From the IMG/VR virus record IMGVR_UViG_3300036766_001722: a stretch of DNA of 40,952 bases; one strand, 5' to 3'. The position numbers and the translations under genes were made by a program. Below the pieces are notes generated by a model. It did no database searches, was not told the DNA's origin, and saw nothing but the letters and a program-made list of their open reading frames with translations. Below, one piece after another: positions 16,681-25,856 of the stretch; position 1 is the stretch's first letter; each line of letters begins with the position of its first letter. The DNA is from an uncultured virus (IMG/VR IMGVR_UViG_3300036766_001722) (Duplodnaviria; Heunggongvirae; Uroviricota; Caudoviricetes).

Positions 16681-18162
16681 ATGACCGCGCGCTGGCCCCC
16701 CAGAATTCCATCTCCGTTCGGCACGGGGGTTACTCCTCCGCCTCCGTCGGTGGCGGACAAGTTCGCACCGCGGATCATCGTGGGTAACGTTCCCGCCGGT
16801 GACGACAACGCCGCTCAGGTCCCGCCGTTCCAGTACATTCCCGACCCAGGCGATGGCTCGGGTATCGCAGCGGCGCTCGTAGCGGCGGCGGCGGGCTACG
16901 ACGTCCGCATCCGGCCCGGCACCTACGACTTCGGCGCGGGCACGGTCGCTACGCCGCTCACGATCCCCGCGGGCGTGAGGGTCTCGGGCGCAGGTCCGAC
17001 GACCATCCTGATCGCGCCTGTCGGTACCGGGGCCGTCTCGCAGGACGTGTTTTCGCTGGGAGCGGACGCGGAACTCGCAGACCTGTGGATCAAGGTGCCG
17101 CCAGGTGCGGTCGGAGGCCTGGCGGGGTCCTCGATCGTGCAGATCCCGAACGCGGGGGCGCACGTCACCAATGTCAAGATCGATCTGACGTACACGTCGG
17201 CCTTGGGCCAGCGCAACACGACGTTCGGGATTGGCACCGGTGTCGCAGCGGCACCGTCGGACCGAGTGCGTGTCGAGGACTGTGAAATCATCCTGCCGCG
17301 AATCGCAAGCGGCGGGGGTCCGTACATTGGCCTCGTTTTCGGCGCGCTCGGGGTCGATTCCACTGGCGCCGATTCGGCGGGCCCCGTGGTGCGTGGTTGC
17401 TATGTAGAGGGCGGACAGGCGGGAATACTCTGCGCGAGCATCTCCGGCGGTACGGTGGAGGACTGCGAGTTCGTCGAGATCCTCTCGTCGGGCGATGGTG
17501 TCTTCTGGGTGCTGGAGCTGACGGCGCTGACGGCGGTGCGTGGCCCGAAGATCACGGGGTGTCGTGTGATCTTTTCGGCGGTCGACGACAGCGCGGGCTC
17601 AGGGGCGGCGGGAATCGAGATCACGAACATCTCGACCGACGCCGTCACGTCGCGGAAGATCGTCGGTAGCCTGATCGCGAACATCATCGTCGAGTACCGG
17701 AACCCGGGCAACCTTGTCGGCGACCGTCAGGCGATCAAGATTCGCGTCGACCAAGACGGAACCGGTCAGAACAATCAGGGCACGATCACCGGCATCACGA
17801 TCATCAACGCCGGCATCGGCGTCCTGATCCAGACACTGACGATCAACAACGCCGCGACGGATGTCGGCGCTATCCTCGACTGGACGGTGTCGAGCGTCGT
17901 CGCGCGTGGCGTCGTCAAGTACGGCGCGCATTTCCCGTCCGGCTGCCATGTCGAGGTGAGCGCATCGACGCAGACGAAGATCCGCCGCGTCACCATCACC
18001 GGGTCCGACTTCTCGGGCGCCCCGGCGACAGGCTCTGGTGTCTCGATCACCGCGCAGGTGGACAGCACGATCGTCGTCGGTAACCAACTCGCTCCGAACG
18101 GCGGCACGGCGATCGCAGACGCCGGTACCGGCTCGCAAGTCGGGCAGAACATCCTCGTCTGA
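16681..18162 (+). CDS. right-handed beta-helix (pectate-lyase-like) spike/depolymerase
   Basis: IRPGTY, IPAGVRVSGAGPTTIL and repeated V.V.(D/G)C / I.GN rungs. Confidence 0.75.
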   Translation: MTARWPPRIPSPFGTGVTPPPPSVADKFAPRIIVGNVPAGDDNAAQVPPFQYIPDPGDGSGIAAALVAAAAGYDVRIRPGTYDFGAGTVATPLTIPAGVRVSGAGPTTILIAPVGTGAVSQDVFSLGADAELADLWIKVPPGAVGGLAGSSIVQIPNAGAHVTNVKIDLTYTSALGQRNTTFGIGTGVAAAPSDRVRVEDCEIILPRIASGGGPYIGLVFGALGVDSTGADSAGPVVRGCYVEGGQAGILCASISGGTVEDCEFVEILSSGDGVFWVLELTALTAVRGPKITGCRVIFSAVDDSAGSGAAGIEITNISTDAVTSRKIVGSLIANIIVEYRNPGNLVGDRQAIKIRVDQDGTGQNNQGTITGITIINAGIGVLIQTLTINNAATDVGAILDWTVSSVVARGVVKYGAHFPSGCHVEVSASTQTKIRRVTITGSDFSGAPATGSGVSITAQVDSTIVVGNQLAPNGGTAIADAGTGSQVGQNILV

Positions 18163-19502
18163 TGGCAAACCGCAACGGATCCAACTCCATCCCGTTCTGG
18201 GGCACCTACGCGACGGCTGCAGTACTGCCGAACGTGGCCGCGGCCCCGACGCAGACGCCGCAGTTGCAGGCTGGCGATCAGGCCTACGTGTCCGGGGTCT
18301 CGGGCTTCTTCGTCTGCACGACCGCGACCCCGGGGGCCGCCGTCTGGGTGCAGCTCGTGTCGAGCACGGGCGGCTCGCGGTACTACGACATCGTCGTCGG
18401 CAATGCGCCGGCCGGCGACACGCTCGCCATCTGCGACTACTTGGACACGGGCAACGGCGAGCAACTCCAGGCCGCGCTCACCGCAGCGGGCGCAGCGGGG
18501 CCGAAGAAGACCGTCTTCGGACGCCGCGGCACCTACGATCGCGGCGCAGCGGGATCCACGGGTGGGCCGATCACGGTGCCCGCCAGCGTGACGCTCATCG
18601 GCGACGGCACCACGCCTACCGTGATCAAGGGCGCGTCGGACCCGCAGGCGAAGGCGGTCAAGAGCGCGGTCGCGCTCGACGTCTCGGGGGACGTGCGCGA
18701 AATCGCCGTCTCGATCCCGAACCTCGCCTCGGCGGACGCGTCGGGTCTGAAGGGTTTCGTCGTCGTGCGCTCGACGGGCGAACTCCACAACGTACACGTC
18801 GCGATGTCGGCGGTGCTCACGACGCCCGCGCGTCTCGTCACGATCGTCGCGATGATCGACTGCGCGGACGGCGCATTTCTCCAGGACTGCCGCGTGACCA
18901 GCGCGCCTCCGGCGACCGCAGCGGCGACGCCGTTTGCGGGCATCCGCGCGAGCGGCGGGAACAGCGACATCATCGAGATTTTCCACTGCGACGTCGTCGG
19001 CGATGCGGTGCTCGGGATGCCCGGGTACGGGTTCGACATCGTCGATGCCGTGCACGTACGCCTGATCGCGCCGCGCGCGATCGACTGGGTCGATGCCGGC
19101 ATCGCGTTGAGGACGGTCGCTGCCGACACGTCCGACGTACAGATCACGCAAGTGGTCTCTCTTCTCACGGGCAACCCGCAAGCCGTTGAGGTCGGGATCC
19201 TGCTCGAATCGACGAACAACCATCCCCTCAGCACCGTGCGTGTGATCGGCGGGACGATCGACCTGAACACCACACGCGCCACGGGCACGATCGGTGTCCA
19301 CATCACCGGCATCGGCACCACCACGCAGACGAACACCATCTACGACATGCTGATTCAGAACGCAGACACGGCGGCGGTGATCGACCAGTCGGGCGGCGGC
19401 ACCGTGGCGGGCAACGGCATCCTCGGCACCGGCGCCTTCAACTGCTCGGCGGGCATCGACAACATCGACGACGCGAGCTTCCGCACCGGCGGGAACTACT
19501 GA
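18162..19502 (+). CDS. second beta-helix spike protein
   Basis: RGTY, ITVPASVTLIGDG..TVI; the N-terminal domain is shared with the next gene. Confidence 0.7.
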   Translation: MANRNGSNSIPFWGTYATAAVLPNVAAAPTQTPQLQAGDQAYVSGVSGFFVCTTATPGAAVWVQLVSSTGGSRYYDIVVGNAPAGDTLAICDYLDTGNGEQLQAALTAAGAAGPKKTVFGRRGTYDRGAAGSTGGPITVPASVTLIGDGTTPTVIKGASDPQAKAVKSAVALDVSGDVREIAVSIPNLASADASGLKGFVVVRSTGELHNVHVAMSAVLTTPARLVTIVAMIDCADGAFLQDCRVTSAPPATAAATPFAGIRASGGNSDIIEIFHCDVVGDAVLGMPGYGFDIVDAVHVRLIAPRAIDWVDAGIALRTVAADTSDVQITQVVSLLTGNPQAVEVGILLESTNNHPLSTVRVIGGTIDLNTTRATGTIGVHITGIGTTTQTNTIYDMLIQNADTAAVIDQSGGGTVAGNGILGTGAFNCSAGIDNIDDASFRTGGNY

Positions 19503-20968
19503 TGAGCACCTCCTTCCCGCAGCAGACGAGCCGTTACTGGGGCCAGTTCGCCAACGCGGGAGCACTGCCGGGCGTGGGCGCGGCCGAGATCAACCTCAAG
19601 GCCGGCGACTATGCGTACACGGCCGATGGTTCGATCTTCGCATGCATGAACGCGACGTTCCCGGCAGTGTGGACCGCGCCCGGTAACGCAGCGAGCGTGC
19701 GCGTCGCTGCAGGCAACACGGACACGCTGCTCGTGACGGATGTGATCGTCGAATACACGTTCGCGGGCCCGGTCGCAGTGACGATCCCGGCGGGCCTGTC
19801 TCCGGGCACGCTTCTGTCGCGCACGCTTCTCCTTCAGCAAGCGGATCCGGCGACGCAACTCACGATCACGCCGCCGGGCGGCGGAAGCATCGATGGCGCC
19901 GCGAGCGTCGCGTACGCCGCCGGCATCGGAGCGGTGCCGCTGCGCAGCAAGGCGGGGTCTTCGACGGTGTGGTACTCGGGAGCGCCGCTTCTCGCGCCCC
20001 CCGTGAACACCGTCGCTCCGGTCATCTCGGGCAGCGTCGGCACGATCGGCGCGACGCTCGCGACGACGAACGGCACGTGGACCGGTGCGGTGACGTTCAC
20101 CTATCAGTGGCAGAAGGCCGGCCTCGACGGCATCTTCGCCGACATCGGCGGCGCGACCAGCACAACGTCTCCCGCGCAAGCTGCCGGAGACCAAGGGCCG
20201 GGGTTCCGGTGTCGCGTCACGGCGACCAACACCACCGGCAGCACCTCGGCCTTCAGCAACGTGCTCGCGTATACGCCCACGGGGGATACGGGCGTGGTCG
20301 ACTGGTTCGACCCGCTCCCCCTGACTCCCGGCAGCGTCTCTCCGTGGACCGGCACGATGGGTGTCGTTGCGCTCACCGAGGCGACGAACAAGCCGGTGGC
20401 GTCTCAGACGTCGATCAACAATACGCCGGGCGTCACCGGCAACGGAACGAACCAGAAGCTCGCCGGACCCGTGAACCTGTCCGGCGGGCACGCGGCGCGC
20501 ATCGTCGGGGCGTTCATCGATTCCACGGCGGTGCTGAGCGGCATGTTCAACCACGCCGGGTCCATCGGCTCCGTGCCTGGGTCGTTCGACATCTACGCCA
20601 ATGACAACGCGGGCCGCGTGTCGGCGTACACGCGCGGAGCCACCGGAAGCGGCGGCGCACGCACCACGAACACGGATGCTCCGCTGACGTTGGCGACTGT
20701 GGTGACGTGGTGTCCGAGTACCGATGTCGTTGACGGCTGCGCGTTCATCCGCGTCAATGGAACATCGGTGGCACTGACCGCGATTCAGAACCTGACCGAC
20801 CCGGCTAACCTGGCGAGCGGCACCTTCGTCGCCTTCCGCGACGAGGCAGTCACCTTCTGGGCCGGGACCATGGGGGCCTGGGCCATCATGTCCGGCAACG
20901 CACAGGACGCCGCGCTCGATCGCGTAGAGAGGTTCTGCGCGTACCGCGCCGCCATGGCGGTGTGGTGA
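19502..20968 (+). CDS. virion receptor-binding protein with Ig-like and LamG-like domains
   Basis: PVNTVAPVISG...GTWTG..TFTYQWQ...CRVTATN Ig-like motif; C-terminal lectin-like region. Confidence 0.7.
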   Translation: MSTSFPQQTSRYWGQFANAGALPGVGAAEINLKAGDYAYTADGSIFACMNATFPAVWTAPGNAASVRVAAGNTDTLLVTDVIVEYTFAGPVAVTIPAGLSPGTLLSRTLLLQQADPATQLTITPPGGGSIDGAASVAYAAGIGAVPLRSKAGSSTVWYSGAPLLAPPVNTVAPVISGSVGTIGATLATTNGTWTGAVTFTYQWQKAGLDGIFADIGGATSTTSPAQAAGDQGPGFRCRVTATNTTGSTSAFSNVLAYTPTGDTGVVDWFDPLPLTPGSVSPWTGTMGVVALTEATNKPVASQTSINNTPGVTGNGTNQKLAGPVNLSGGHAARIVGAFIDSTAVLSGMFNHAGSIGSVPGSFDIYANDNAGRVSAYTRGATGSGGARTTNTDAPLTLATVVTWCPSTDVVDGCAFIRVNGTSVALTAIQNLTDPANLASGTFVAFRDEAVTFWAGTMGAWAIMSGNAQDAALDRVERFCAYRAAMAVW

Positions 20969-21720
20969 TGTCGCGCCCGCTTCTCGTATCTCCGTATAGG
21001 CGTCAGCGGACGTTTACGGGTCTCGTGATCGATGGTGGGCAGAGCAACGACGTCGGGGCAGGTGCGCTGATCGCCGCCGTGCCCCTCGACTACAATCGGC
21101 ACGGCGACAAGATTCTGGTCTGGAACAGCGCCGGACAGATCGCGCCGTCGACGGAGTCGCTGTCGCTCAACATCGACTGGTACGTGACGGCGAACCCCAC
21201 GTTCGGGCTCGGCGCAATGAAGACGGCGTCGAACGACTACCTCGACGCGTACCCGGATGCGCGGATCCTTCACGTGCCTTGCGGTTTTTCGGCCAGCGGC
21301 CTCGACGTGGAATGGGCGATACCGAATGGGCCGGAGACGGTGCGCATGATCGCGCGCGTCAACGCGGCAGTCGCCGCGACCGGCTGCATGAACGCGGTGC
21401 TCATGTGGTACCAGGGAGAGAATCACCCCACGCCCCCGTCGTCGTGGGGCGCGAAGACGCAAGCGCTGTGGAACTACATCCAGGCGGAGACCGGGGTGAC
21501 GTTCTCGCTGATCCTGTACTGCCAGCTTGCGGCGACTCCGTGGCCACCCGCAGCGGCCGGGTGGGAGGACGTTCGCATCTCGCAGGCGACCATTCAGACG
21601 CCGACGCAGATCATGATCGTGCCGCCCGACTGCGGCCCGCAGGTCCACCAGGACGCGACGCAGCAGCAGACGATCGGTCACGCGTACGGGGCACTGCTCG
21701 TGAGCGGGTGGCCGCCTTGA
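20968..21720 (+). CDS. SGNH hydrolase (sialate/carbohydrate O-acetylesterase-like)
   Basis: GQSN, WYQGE and C-terminal D....VH motifs. Confidence 0.8.
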   Translation: MSRPLLVSPYRRQRTFTGLVIDGGQSNDVGAGALIAAVPLDYNRHGDKILVWNSAGQIAPSTESLSLNIDWYVTANPTFGLGAMKTASNDYLDAYPDARILHVPCGFSASGLDVEWAIPNGPETVRMIARVNAAVAATGCMNAVLMWYQGENHPTPPSSWGAKTQALWNYIQAETGVTFSLILYCQLAATPWPPAAAGWEDVRISQATIQTPTQIMIVPPDCGPQVHQDATQQQTIGHAYGALLVSGWPP

Positions 21721-21724
21721 CCGC

Positions 21725-22237
21725 CTAACGCGCCGAGTAGCCGGCGCCGTGGCCGAACTTGGAGCGGGTCGTCTCCTTGACGATCAACTTCGCGGCGACG
21801 AGCTTCTTCAGGTGGTCGCGCACCGTCGTGCTCGGGATGCCGGTGTCGAGCGACAACCTGCCGGGACCGATGCCGGGCGTCTTCCGAACACGGTTCAGCA
21901 GGACGGTCGAAAGGCCGCGGATGTCGAGGCCCTTGAGTGCCGCCTTGGCCTTCGGGGTCTGGGTGGTGTCCGTGCCCTCGGAGATGACCGAGGCGCTCCG
22001 GACGACCATGCCCTCGGCCTTGGCCATCTGCTCGACGCTCTTCTTCGCTTCCGCGACCGGCATCCTCACGGTGCTTGTCGTCGCCGGAGCGGGCTTCGGC
22101 TTCGACGGCCGGGACTTCGGCGGCGGCGGCGCGTCCGAGAGCGTGGCGCTGACGCTGGTCAAGATCTCCTCGGCGACGCGGTCGCGGTAGGAGAGGGTGA
22201 GCTTTTGGATCTCGGAGACGAACTCGTCGTGGGTCAT
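21725..22237 (-). CDS. protein with C-terminal winged helix-turn-helix (candidate regulator)
   Basis: GGAGGA RBS; LLNRVRKTPGIGPGRLSLDTGIPSTTVRDHLKKLVAAKLI. Confidence 0.7.
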   Translation of the reverse strand: MTHDEFVSEIQKLTLSYRDRVAEEILTSVSATLSDAPPPPKSRPSKPKPAPATTSTVRMPVAEAKKSVEQMAKAEGMVVRSASVISEGTDTTQTPKAKAALKGLDIRGLSTVLLNRVRKTPGIGPGRLSLDTGIPSTTVRDHLKKLVAAKLIVKETTRSKFGHGAGYSAR

Positions 22238-22256
22238 GGATGGGCTCCTCCGGCGT

Positions 22257-22285
22257 TCAGTACATGGTGTCGGACACGATGTCAA
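22257..22285 (-). promoter_or_regulatory. operator-bearing promoter (minus strand)
   Basis: TTGACA-TCG-TGTCCGACA-CCATG-TACTGA on the minus strand. Confidence 0.7.
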
Positions 22286-22535
22286 CTCGTGACGGCCTCG
22301 GACCCCAGTGGCTGTGCCAGTAGAAGTCGTCGCTCGCCAAGAATGTTCGCGCCCACGAGGCGGCCTCCTCGGGCGACTCGAAGACGTGCGGCGTGATCAC
22401 GATCGACTCCGGGTCCGGGTGGTCGCTGCGGTCGATCCACAGTCGCCACTGGTGGGCGCCGGGAACGACCGTGACCGTGTACGACGAGCAGTCGAACCAG
22501 CCGCCGTCCTTGTCGAGGTGGTCCCAGCTCGTCAT
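22257..22535 (-). CDS. hypothetical protein
   Basis: Coupled to the upstream minus-strand ORF. Confidence 0.55.
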   Translation of the reverse strand: MTSWDHLDKDGGWFDCSSYTVTVVPGAHQWRLWIDRSDHPDPESIVITPHVFESPEEAASWARTFLASDDFYWHSHWGPRPSRVDIVSDTMY

Positions 22536-22771
22536 CGTGGCGTCTCGTAGATGGTGACGTGCTGCAGACACTCGGGGCAGGTGGGACGGCGCCGTTCGTA
22601 GCCGCGGTCGAACTGCATCCACTTGGCGCACGACGTGAAGCAGCCCTGCCCGCGCAGCGGAGGCGGTGGGCTCATCTGTTCCTGCGTGAGATGCCACTCC
22701 CCCGACGTGGAGAGCACGCACTGGTAGCCGTTCGTGACGAGGTCGGTTGGGACTTGCTTCCGCCGGGGCAC
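22532..22771 (-). CDS. small Cys-rich hypothetical protein
   Basis: CPEC motif; preceded by a TTGCTG-17-TAGAAG promoter overlapping the operator. Confidence 0.55.
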   Translation of the reverse strand: MPRRKQVPTDLVTNGYQCVLSTSGEWHLTQEQMSPPPPLRGQGCFTSCAKWMQFDRGYERRRPTCPECLQHVTIYETPR

Positions 22772-22793
22772 CGTGCTCTTCTACGCGACAACG

Positions 22794-22802
22794 TGTCGGA
22801 CA
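22794..22802. promoter_or_regulatory. TGTCGGACA operator between divergent genes
   Basis: Exact palindromic core. Confidence 0.6.
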
Positions 22803-22837
22803 GCAAGCGCATCCGCTGCATCGGTCCTCCGGAGGCG

Positions 22838-23356
22838 GTGACGGTGATCGTCAAGATCGAGCGCGGCGACGAGTACGTGGCGCTCGTGTCGAGCCGGACG
22901 GGCGTCTTGACGATCAAGGGTCCCGACGACGTGTACGGCGCGCGGTGGAGCACGAAGCCGGAGGCTCTCGGTGCCGCGAATCTCCTCGCGTTCATCGCTG
23001 CGGGCGATAAGACGATGTACCTCGCCGAGAAGCTGACGGCGAAGGGTCAGCGGTACGAGATCGACGAGAAGGCGACGGTGAAGGCGTTCAAGCAGGCCGT
23101 GGCGGCGAAGAGGCCCGCGGACCTCGACGAGCTGTTCAAGGAGATCGACGGCACCCACTGGCGCCACGCGACGTTTACTGGGGACTATCCGGCGATCGAA
23201 GTGGTCGGCGACGACGCTGAATCGCTCGTGTGTCACCGGTACCGAAGGGCGTACGAGGTGCTGCGGACCGAGGTACTTCCGGCTCTCATCCTCGCGCTGC
23301 GCGACGCGAAGGAGACGCTGGACATGGCCAACATGCCTCCCTCCGGAGTAGCATAG
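22838..23356 (+). CDS. hypothetical protein (start approximate)
   Basis: GGAGG before the GTG; typical codon usage. Confidence 0.55.
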   Translation: MTVIVKIERGDEYVALVSSRTGVLTIKGPDDVYGARWSTKPEALGAANLLAFIAAGDKTMYLAEKLTAKGQRYEIDEKATVKAFKQAVAAKRPADLDELFKEIDGTHWRHATFTGDYPAIEVVGDDAESLVCHRYRRAYEVLRTEVLPALILALRDAKETLDMANMPPSGVA

Positions 23357-23365
23357 GCGCATGAG

Positions 23366-24672
23366 CGGAGCGCGAGGCGAATCCCTGTGGTGGACCAGTC
23401 TAAGTGAATCTTTCGTCAGTCCAGTCGTCGGAACACGTCCAGGTCATGTGATCCGCACCTTCCGCTACCCGCTGCACCCGACCAAAGCACAGGAAGCCGT
23501 CCTGGGGTCCTGGCTCAGAGCGTGCTGCACACTCTACAACGCGGCGCTAGAGCACCGGCGCAACGCGTGGCGATACGAGCGCGCGCAGCGGCAGGCGGCA
23601 GAGGACCGCGACGTCCAGCGCAAACACGAGCCGGTGCCTGGCTACGTCGAGCAGTCCGCCGAGTTGACGGAGATTCGAGATGCTGACGATGCATGGGAGA
23701 CTGTTCCGCGGAAGGTGACGCAGTCAGCGCTTCGGCGTCTCGATAAGGCGATGAAGTCGTTCTTCCGCCGTGTGAAGTCCGGCGAGAAGCCTGGCTATCC
23801 GCGCTTTCGTAGTCGTGACCGCTACGACAGCTTCGACTTCTGCTCATCGGTACGTGGCGAGCACATCGGCATCGACGACAAGCGCGGCGAGCTTCGCGTG
23901 CCGAGGCTCGGTCCGGTGCGCTTCAAGGCGTACCGTCCGCTGAAGGGTGCCGTACGCGACGTGACGATCAAGCGTACGGCGAAGGGCTGGCAGGTCGCCA
24001 TCGTGTGCGACCTCTGCGTAGCAGCCGAGAAGCAGGCAACGGTGCGCAGCCGGGTCGGTATCGACCTCGGCCTGACGTCGTTCGCCGCGCTGAGCGACGG
24101 CACACTCATCGATAACCCTCGGCACTATCGTCGCGCCGAAGAGCGCCTCGCTGCCGAGCAGCAGGTTCTGTCGAGAAAGAAGAAGAGCAGCAAGTCGCGC
24201 CGCAAGCAGCGCGGCGTCGTCGCACGAGTGCACGAGCACGTCCGCAACCAGCGCCTCGACTTCCACCGGAAGCTCGTCGTGCTGCTGTTCGCGAAGTACG
24301 ACCTCGTGGCGTACGAAGACCTGAACGTCCGCGGGATGGTCCACGGGCGGATGGCGAAGTCGATTCACGATGCCGGGTGGGCGCAGTTCATCCGGTGCCT
24401 CCAAGCCAAAGCGGAAGAAGCTGGGCGATGGGCGGTGCCGGTAGATCCACGCGGTACGAGTCAGCGATGCAGCGCATGCGGCTGCACGGTGAGCAAGGAC
24501 TTGAGCGTCCGGGTTCACGCGTGCCCGTGCGGCTACGTCGAGGACCGTGACGTGAACGCGGCGAAGAATGTTCTGGCGCTCGGTAGGAGCGCGGTACCGA
24601 TGCTCACGGCAAGCGTGAGCTAGGACCGGAGGGTTAGAGTGACCCACTACCGAATTGGTGAGTCGTCATGAG
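23366..24672 (+). mobile_element. solo TnpB element (IS200/IS605/IS607 group, no transposase), bounded by a CATGAG direct repeat
   Basis: CATGAG at 23360-23365 and 24667-24672; excision would rejoin the upstream stop to the downstream ATG. Boundaries are inferred. Confidence 0.55.
23448..24623 (+). CDS. tnpB: RNA-guided endonuclease TnpB
   Basis: RTFRYPLHPT...YNAAL, GYPRF, RuvC motifs GIDLG / YEDL / DRDVNAAKN all intact, TSQRCSACG and CPCG zinc finger. Confidence 0.95.
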   Translation: MIRTFRYPLHPTKAQEAVLGSWLRACCTLYNAALEHRRNAWRYERAQRQAAEDRDVQRKHEPVPGYVEQSAELTEIRDADDAWETVPRKVTQSALRRLDKAMKSFFRRVKSGEKPGYPRFRSRDRYDSFDFCSSVRGEHIGIDDKRGELRVPRLGPVRFKAYRPLKGAVRDVTIKRTAKGWQVAIVCDLCVAAEKQATVRSRVGIDLGLTSFAALSDGTLIDNPRHYRRAEERLAAEQQVLSRKKKSSKSRRKQRGVVARVHEHVRNQRLDFHRKLVVLLFAKYDLVAYEDLNVRGMVHGRMAKSIHDAGWAQFIRCLQAKAEEAGRWAVPVDPRGTSQRCSACGCTVSKDLSVRVHACPCGYVEDRDVNAAKNVLALGRSAVPMLTASVS

Positions 24673-24889
24673 TTACCATTCCTCCTCGCTCGGCGGGCCC
24701 GTCTACTGCTTCGACGACGCGCACCTGCTCCGCATCCAGCCGCGTGCGGCGGGGCCGCTCTTCCGCGACCTGCAGACGCTGACCGGTCCCTACCAGAGCT
24801 GGACGATCAACCCGAACCGCGGGCTCCTCGTCGTCGACCCGCGCTACGACAACCTGCCGATCGGTCGGGGGTGGGAGCCTCGGATATGA
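24668..24889 (+). CDS. hypothetical protein (MSYH...SLGG start)
   Basis: ORF coupled to the next gene. Confidence 0.55.
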   Translation: MSYHSSSLGGPVYCFDDAHLLRIQPRAAGPLFRDLQTLTGPYQSWTINPNRGLLVVDPRYDNLPIGRGWEPRI

Positions 24890-25023
24890 AGGCGCTGACG
24901 AAGCACTCGCACGGCGTGGACAAGCACTGCCGGTGCTGTAGTGCCGGACGTCGCCGACTGTGGAAGAAGGCGGAGCGTCGAGCTGTGCGGCGCACGCAGC
25001 GTTTGCGGACATGGAGAGAGTGA
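24886..25023 (+). CDS. small basic Cys-containing hypothetical protein
   Basis: ATGA overlap; HCRCC followed by an Arg-rich helix. Confidence 0.45.
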   Translation: MKALTKHSHGVDKHCRCCSAGRRRLWKKAERRAVRRTQRLRTWRE

Positions 25024-25024
25024 A

Positions 25025-25585
25025 GTGACGCCGACCTGGCTTACCGCAGACGTTGTCCTTCTGACGACGCAGGGGCACGCAGACATGCGCGGCGCCGTCG
25101 CGGAGACATTCCGTGACGAGTGGTTGAAGCAGATCGGGGTGGACACGCCGATTCGGCAGGAGAACTTCTCCTACTCGGCGAAGGCTGGGACGGTACGCGG
25201 GCTGCACTGTCAGATCGCGCCGAAGGCGCAGGGCAAGCTCGTCAGGGTGCTGCGCGGGGAAATCGTTGACGTCGTGGTCGACATCCGGCACGGGTCGCCG
25301 TCTTTCGGAAAGCTCGTTGTGATGCCGCTCAAGGCCGGAGAGCCTTACCAGCAGTTGTGGGTGCCGGTCGGGTTCCTTCATGGGTTCGTGACCCTGGTCG
25401 ACGACACGGAGGTTCTCTACAAGATGACCGACGTGTACTCGCCCGAGCACGAGCGGGGCGTCGCGTGGGACGATCCCGACCTCGGCATCCCCTGGCCTAT
25501 TCCGCAGACCGGTCCGATCGTGAGCGAGCGCGACAAGCGGCATCCGCGTCTTCGTGACGCTCCGGCGTGGTTCACGTTTGGTTGA
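25025..25585 (+). CDS. rmlC: dTDP-4-dehydrorhamnose 3,5-epimerase
   Basis: DMRG, QENFSYS, GTVRGLH, QGKLVRV, DVVVDIRHGSPSFG, WVPVGFLHGF, WDDPDLGIPWP. Confidence 0.93.
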   Translation: MTPTWLTADVVLLTTQGHADMRGAVAETFRDEWLKQIGVDTPIRQENFSYSAKAGTVRGLHCQIAPKAQGKLVRVLRGEIVDVVVDIRHGSPSFGKLVVMPLKAGEPYQQLWVPVGFLHGFVTLVDDTEVLYKMTDVYSPEHERGVAWDDPDLGIPWPIPQTGPIVSERDKRHPRLRDAPAWFTFG

Positions 25586-25610
25586 CAACCTGTCCGACAC
25601 GTAGTAGGGT
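25582..25610 (+). promoter_or_regulatory. operator-bearing promoter
   Basis: TTGACA-ACC-TGTCCGACA-CGTAG-TAGGGT. Confidence 0.8.
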
Positions 25611-25616
25611 GCGGTC

Positions 25617-25856
25617 ATGATGACCATCGGCGAGGCGATCGCAGCCCTCAAGAACGGCCGCCGCGTTAGGCGCGACGGCTGGAACGGCAAGGGGATGTGG
25701 CTGCGCCTCGTGCGTGGCTCGAGGGTGCTGTCGAACGACATCGAGAACTTTCCGCATCTCGACTACATCGAGATGAAGACGGCGAACGATAAGCTCATCC
25801 CGTTCTGCTCGCAGTCGGAGGATCTCCTCGCGACTGACTGGGAGATCGCCGAGTGA
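25617..25856 (+). CDS. DUF2829 / Tad2-like anti-defence nucleotide sponge
   Basis: MTIGEAIAALKNGRRVRRDGWNGKGMW...MKTA...DLLATDW. Confidence 0.85.
   Translation: MMTIGEAIAALKNGRRVRRDGWNGKGMWLRLVRGSRVLSNDIENFPHLDYIEMKTANDKLIPFCSQSEDLLATDWEIAE

Noticed and set aside
17775..19565. Long minus-strand ORFs (596 aa here; also 37200-38747, 5473-6729, 325-1389 and others)
   Set aside because: These are antisense shadows of well-supported plus-strand genes in high-GC DNA and show no recognisable motifs.
16681..21720. Tail-fibre cluster implying a tailed phage
   Set aside because: No tail tube, tape measure, baseplate, portal or terminase was recognised in the window, and such domains also occur on spikes of tailless viruses. 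A tailed phage cannot be fully excluded without the rest of the genome.
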